From an uncultured virus (IMG/VR IMGVR_UViG_2061766007_000327) (taxonomy: Duplodnaviria > Heunggongvirae > Uroviricota > Caudoviricetes): a stretch of 20,000 nucleotides of DNA. The stretch lies in the IMG/VR virus record IMGVR_UViG_2061766007_000327. One strand, 5' to 3'. The position numbers and the translations under genes were made by a program. The notes beneath the pieces are model-generated. The model was given only the letters and a program-made list of their open reading frames with translations. It made no database searches and was not told where the DNA came from. Positions 15,359 through 20,000 of the stretch are shown piece by piece; positions within the stretch are counted from its first letter, which is position 1, and the number at the start of each line of letters is the position of its first letter.

Positions 15359-15389
15359 GCCCCGGACGAAAGTTCGGGGCTTACTATTT
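15359..15389 (+). terminator. Intrinsic terminator-like hairpin
   Basis: GCCCCGGAC-GAAA-GTTCGGGGC followed by TTACTATTT. Confidence 0.65.
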
Positions 15390-15417
15390 GGAAACAAATC
15401 AATTCTTCCTAAATTTG
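15387..15417 (+). promoter_or_regulatory. Bacteroidota -33/-7 promoter for terL
   Basis: TTTG (15387-15390), 19-nt spacer, TAAATTTG (15410-15417); ATG at 15424. Confidence 0.7.
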
Positions 15418-15423
15418 CGATGT

Positions 15424-17169
15424 ATGTTCCGACTTAAGAATAAAGACGCCATTTTCCCGCCTCTTTACGACCATGTGGAGAGGAAATTGGCATCCGTTTC
15501 CGATAAGGGCTGGGACAAGGTGGGAGACTTTACGCTTCGCGAAGGCAAGGACTTGATCCCGCAGGTCGGACTTCAGGAGGATGTCTGCCATTGCACCTCG
15601 AATCTGATTTTTGCGTGCGGAATGGCGACCTCCGGAAAGAGCTTCAGTATTTTCCTCAAGGCGCTGCAAGGTATAGGTAAGCCGGGCTATACGGGCCGTC
15701 TCATCAATGTCCGAAAGCTGGACTCCGCGAAAGGTACATCCATGTTCAGGGATGCCACCAGCGTATGGGGCGATTACTCCGGGTGCCAGGTTACCTATGG
15801 CGAATTGCCGACCTTCGCCTGGCCGCAATGGAATAACGCCATACAGATGATCCACGCCAACTTCAATGCGGACAATCCCGGGGAGTGGGCTGACTTCATC
15901 GAATACATCAAGAAACAGCAGGCATCCTTCATTGCTATCGACGAGGCTACGGCTATCCGCCAGTTCAAGATGTTTACCTATATCTTTTCCCGAAACAGGG
16001 ATTCTTCCGGCGTGACCCCGCAGATGCTTCTCACCTTCAACCCAGAATACGAACACTGGACTACAAGGATGCTTTTGTGCGCTGGCTATATCGACGAAAA
16101 CACCTGGACTATCAAGCCAGAAATGGACGGCGTCGAGCGCTATTTTTATATCCAGGGTAACGAGCCCGAGGAAATGGTCTGGGGAGACTCCCGGGAGGAG
16201 GTGGTAAGGGCCGCTCATATTAAATTAAATAAGGATGATATCGCCGCCGGATTGACCGAGGAGGATATGGTTAAATCCTTCTCTTGCTTCACGGGCACGG
16301 CTGCGGGAAACAGAAAACTGGTCGCTGCCACGCGAGGCCAGTCCGTGGCTAACCTTCATAATGTCGGAGGAAAGCAGAGAGCCGTCCTTGCAGAGGCTTA
16401 TTTCGGTCCCATTGAGAACGAAGAGATAAGCGTGACCAAACAGATGGTGCGCTCGCTGACCTCCAATCCGATCAATGACGACGAGAACCTGTACGCCACG
16501 ATGGATATCTCGGGAGGAAACACGGACAGTGATAACTGCCCCATGATTATCTGGAAGGGGCTCCGTATAATCGGAATCGAGATGTTCCGAGGGGATCCGA
16601 AGCAACTTGTTGAGTGGATTGATGCGAAGCTGATCCAGTACGGAGTCCCAGTCCAGAATTTTGCATTTGATGCGACGGGAATCGGTAATTACCTGAAGGC
16701 GTATACGAGCGGATGGCCCATAACGGCAAACAAGACCGCGATGCAGGAGTACGATGAGCAGGGGAACCAAGTCGTCTTTGAGCAGTACTTCAATCTCCGC
16801 TCACAGCTCCTCGGTAAAATGAAGGTGCTTTTTGAGACTGGCAAGATATCTTCGGCTCTTCCGCTGGAGACAAGGATACCCTACGGTAAGAAGGGCGAGA
16901 CTAGGAGACTTGAAGACATCTTGTACGATGAGATCGATCTCTTCGCCGTCACTACACGAAACAAGCGCATTTATTACAGGAGCAAGGACGAGTATAAATC
17001 AAAGCACCACCACTCACCCGACCTTATGGACGCTATCACCCTCCGCTCTGTGTGGGAGTTGGATGCAAGACCGAAGAAGCAGCCCGCCCAAGAGGTCGAG
17101 GAAGACGCATATGATGATATTTTTGTTGACTACGCCGGCGGACGCGTCGGCAGTGTAGTCTGGGTTTAA
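15424..17169 (+). CDS. terL: Terminase large subunit
   Basis: Walker A GMATSGKS, Walker B FIAIDEA, LTFNP, RNase H-like TMDIS, FDATGIG, SPDLMDA. Confidence 0.93.
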   Translation: MFRLKNKDAIFPPLYDHVERKLASVSDKGWDKVGDFTLREGKDLIPQVGLQEDVCHCTSNLIFACGMATSGKSFSIFLKALQGIGKPGYTGRLINVRKLDSAKGTSMFRDATSVWGDYSGCQVTYGELPTFAWPQWNNAIQMIHANFNADNPGEWADFIEYIKKQQASFIAIDEATAIRQFKMFTYIFSRNRDSSGVTPQMLLTFNPEYEHWTTRMLLCAGYIDENTWTIKPEMDGVERYFYIQGNEPEEMVWGDSREEVVRAAHIKLNKDDIAAGLTEEDMVKSFSCFTGTAAGNRKLVAATRGQSVANLHNVGGKQRAVLAEAYFGPIENEEISVTKQMVRSLTSNPINDDENLYATMDISGGNTDSDNCPMIIWKGLRIIGIEMFRGDPKQLVEWIDAKLIQYGVPVQNFAFDATGIGNYLKAYTSGWPITANKTAMQEYDEQGNQVVFEQYFNLRSQLLGKMKVLFETGKISSALPLETRIPYGKKGETRRLEDILYDEIDLFAVTTRNKRIYYRSKDEYKSKHHHSPDLMDAITLRSVWELDARPKKQPAQEVEEDAYDDIFVDYAGGRVGSVVWV

Positions 17170-17191
17170 CATAGAAATCGCGATTTGACCT

Positions 17192-19189
17192 ATGAATGTT
17201 AGTGATTACATCAATCCAGCTAAGAAGAAGCCGTGGCTGAGAAGAGTGGCAGACGAGTCCCCTTCCAGCGCTGGATTAGGCTTCAGGATGCAAATTATGA
17301 CGCAGGACGACTTCTTGAACGAGGTCTATTCTGCCGCCCACAAGATCAACTCCCCGATGATNNNNNNNNNNATTTGAAGCGCTTAAACAAGAAGGGCTCT
17401 TGTAGCGCCTACGGGCATACTTTTTCTTTGATTAATACTCCCGACCCAGGCCCCGTCCGTCCCGAAAGAATTGTGGTGCAAAAAGATCCGACCATGGAGC
17501 GCCTGCGTAAAAGATATTCTGAGTCTGAGATCGAAGCTATCGTTCGAGGAGAGGGCATAGAGCGCAAAAGGATTAATTTCCCGGAGATTAAACTCCGTGG
17601 AAAGCATCATAAGTTTGTTGTCATCAGTGATACTCATATTGGGAGCGTGTATTCTCCGGAAGAATGGCATGATATCGTATCCGATTATGTTAACAACAAT
17701 GATATCGAGGCGGTGTTCCATTGTGGGGACTTGGTTGAGGGCATGAAGATCAGCCGTATCGGTACCCAGATTTATGAACTATCNNNNNNNNNNGCCGATT
17801 TACGGCCCTTCTGGCGTCAAGGACTCTAAGGGAAAGGAGAAATGGACGATCGTCGGGTATGACGATGTCGAGACTGTCCCTATCAGCAAGCAGGAATCTA
17901 TAATAAGCAAGAAGATATCCCATTTCGCCGCCAACGGATTCTGGACGGCATCCGAATCCCCGGATGAGGAGCGGTTTAACACCCTTATGTCGTGGGCGGA
18001 TACGGTCGGACTGAAAACCGCCTTCCTTGAGGTGACTAAATCCGCGATGAGGACGGGAGACGGGGCGATTTATCTTTACCAGACGGGCGATGAAACCGAT
18101 CCTATCCAGTATGAGGTATACGGATACGAGGAGGGCTCGGTTCTCTTCCCGCACACTACATTCGACGGAAAGAAATCGCTTGCAAGGAAGTATAAGTATG
18201 AGGGGCACGATGCCGTGGATATTTTCACAACAAGAAGCATCGAAACCTGGATGATGCTGGACGATGCCGGGGATGAAGACATCATCGGCCTTACGGGACG
18301 GGTGAAAAGCGAAGATGGCTATACCCTTGTAAGGGCTAAAGCATCGCAGGCGGGCAGTGATCTCTGCCAGTGCATCTATTTCCGTTTTGATGATATTCCC
18401 ACCGGGCCCGCACAGGCGCAGATCGAGAAACTGGAAGATGCCAAGACTTATGTGGGAGAGCATTTGAAAGGCACGGCTATGCCGATACTCTTTATGAAAG
18501 CGGAAAAGACCACGAGCCTTCCTCCTTCCAGCCTCGCCAACAAGGCGATCGGTGTCAAGGGCACTGCCGACAGTCTTGCCCACGCCGATGCGAAATGGCT
18601 TGCGCCGCCGGATGCTAGTAATATCGCTAACATGCATATCGATGGGATAGAGGACGATATCCGCGAGGCTTGCCTTTCTGTGAAAATTGATCCCGAGATT
18701 GTCAAGCAGGGAAGCGACTCTTCCGCCACTATGAAGATACTATATGCCCCCGAGGTACAGTGGGCGCAGATCCACTGGCCGGAGGTTTTTAAATCCGTTA
18801 AACAGCTGATGCTCGTCTTTAAGGCTCTTGTCGGCAAGGTCGAGGGAGATCCGGTCGGGTACGGCAAGATGCGCATCTCCGTAGGGCAGGAGGTCTGGAT
18901 ACCGCAGAACGAGGCAGAATCTCTTAAGATGGAACTCGATTCGGTATATGGCCGCATCAAGTCTCGCAAGGCCGCGATGGAGGATGCTGGCAATAGCCAT
19001 AAGGGGGATTATGACCAGATCCAGAAAGAGTGGCTTGAGGAGCTGACGATGAAGGCAGAGGCTGGCCCGAAAGCCAAGGCGAAGTTTGGGGAAGACTCTG
19101 ATACTGACGAAGAACCGAAACAGAACCNNNNNNNNNNCGAAAAGAAGCGCCTGCAAGAAGCCGGTCGTCTTCCCAAAGATCAACAGTAA
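17192..19189 (+). CDS. Portal protein (SPP1 gp6-like), interrupted by gaps and a misplaced contig; true end uncertain
   Basis: Directly follows terL; N-terminus 17192-17361 plus body from 17794; TGDGAIYLY and C-terminal SRKAAME...YDQIQKE patterns. Confidence 0.75.
17372..17783 (+). other. Displaced contig encoding the N-terminal half of the metallophosphoesterase
   Basis: FVVISDTHIGS (motif I) and FHCGDLVEG (motif II); flanked on both sides by exactly 10 N. Confidence 0.85.
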
Positions 19190-19213
19190 GTTTAACCCAA
19201 AAACTATTCAGAA

Positions 19214-19855
19214 ATGAGTAATTACGGAAACGCATTTTTCTCTCCTGAATCGAAGCAGTATCCGGGCGACGTAATGCCCATTTGGCTCGAGGTTAAGGAG
19301 CGCAAGATCGCGGGTGGCACCTTCAGCCTTGACGGCGTTGCGAAGGGAACCATTTTCCCCGCTGGAATGCCCGTGCGTCTTGACAAGATGGGTGGTACTG
19401 TCACCATCCTCCCGACCTTCCAGGTCGTCGGTGCGGTTTCTTCATCCGCCACCACGCTGGTGCTGAAGCCCCTCACCAATATTGTCCCCGCCCAGGGAAT
19501 GATTGTTGGAAAGTTATCCGGTGCAGGTACTGTCGCCAAGGGCGCGACCCTCGGTGCTGCTACCCCTCTGACCGGCACTGACGCTGGAAAGTATCAGTTC
19601 ACCATTACCGCCAATGACCTTGGTACGCTCGCCGATGGCGACATCCTTGTCATCGCAAAGGCTACCGGCGCCAGCAAGGCCGCCGATATGCCTAACGGAC
19701 TGTCCTGGCGTCAGGTCGTGGTCGACTCCGCTAATGCCACCTACGGCACCATCGCTGTCGTGACCAAGGGCCAGGTCCTCGGAGACCGCATCCCTCAGAT
19801 GCCCGAGGAGTATAAGGCTGCAATGCCCGGCATCACTTTCGAGTATGAACTTTAA
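19214..19855 (+). CDS. Head decoration/capsid-stabilising protein
   Basis: Immediately precedes the probable MCP; GTIFPAGMPV...GL...GTIAVVTKGQVLGDRIP...PGITF pattern; G/A/T-rich. Confidence 0.7.
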   Translation: MSNYGNAFFSPESKQYPGDVMPIWLEVKERKIAGGTFSLDGVAKGTIFPAGMPVRLDKMGGTVTILPTFQVVGAVSSSATTLVLKPLTNIVPAQGMIVGKLSGAGTVAKGATLGAATPLTGTDAGKYQFTITANDLGTLADGDILVIAKATGASKAADMPNGLSWRQVVVDSANATYGTIAVVTKGQVLGDRIPQMPEEYKAAMPGITFEYEL

Positions 19856-19872
19856 TATAGGAGGAAAGAATT

Positions 19873-20000
19873 ATGGCAAATAAATACAGCGAAGGTTTCT
19901 ACACCCTCATGGAAGAAGCTGGAATCCTTTCCGCCAAGAGTTTCAGCACATATATCAGGGACGTCATCGGATTCGGCAATCTGCAGGATCTGAATCTTGA
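19873..20000 (+). CDS. Probable major capsid protein, N-terminus (MANKYSEGFYTLMEEAG...)
   Basis: Open to the window edge; position after the decoration gene; GGAGG upstream. Identity inferred from synteny only. Confidence 0.55.
   Translation, partial: MANKYSEGFYTLMEEAGILSAKSFSTYIRDVIGFGNLQDLNL

Larger units (their letters stand above)
1..20000. mobile_element. Tailed dsDNA phage genome fragment (probable Bacteroidota host)
   Basis: TerL-portal-head genes in canonical order; phage-type replication/recombination genes; no host housekeeping genes; Bacteroidota-type TAnnTTTG promoter elements. Confidence 0.95.

Noticed and set aside
15103..15423. 107-aa N-terminal extension of TerL in the ORF track
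   Set aside because: Overlaps the SSB gene, a terminator and a consensus promoter; the real start is most likely the ATG at 15424
17362..17793. Intron, intein or mobile insertion in the portal gene
   Set aside because: Bounded by placeholder N runs and encodes the missing part of another gene in the window; best explained as an assembly artefact
3015..19578. Numerous long minus-strand ORFs opposite the rightward genes
   Set aside because: Antisense shadows of GC3-rich coding sequence; no motifs or plausible starts

Overview
A 20-kb piece of a tailed dsDNA phage (Caudoviricetes) scaffold with several N gaps. The host is probably Bacteroidota, judging by TAnnTTTG -7 promoter elements, AT-rich leaders mostly lacking Shine-Dalgarno motifs, and DUF3127/DUF6371-like genes. 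Left to right: (i) a leftward operon of tiny hypothetical genes (1-2237) interrupted by a ~600-nt structured, apparently non-coding segment that ends in a tRNA-like minihelix; (ii) an AT-rich divergent control region (2238-3016) with operator-like palindromes, a sigma54-like promoter, a possible genome-end signal and CTACAC iterons; (iii) a rightward replication/recombination module (NUMOD4-HNH, a structured leader with a D-arm-less tRNA-like element, SF3 D5/P4-type helicase, Toprim primase, DnaA-domain-IV fusion, putative annealase, YqaJ exonuclease, SF2 helicase, VRR-NUC, metallophosphoesterase); (iv) the start of the packaging/head module (putative TerS, SSB, TerL, portal, head decoration protein, start of the major capsid protein). 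The most promising unexplained signals are the two RNA-structure regions, 1183-1802 (minus) and 4050-4292 (plus). A 412-bp contig inside the portal gene appears to be mis-scaffolded and belongs in the 536-N gap. All family assignments are from motif recognition by eye; no searches were run.
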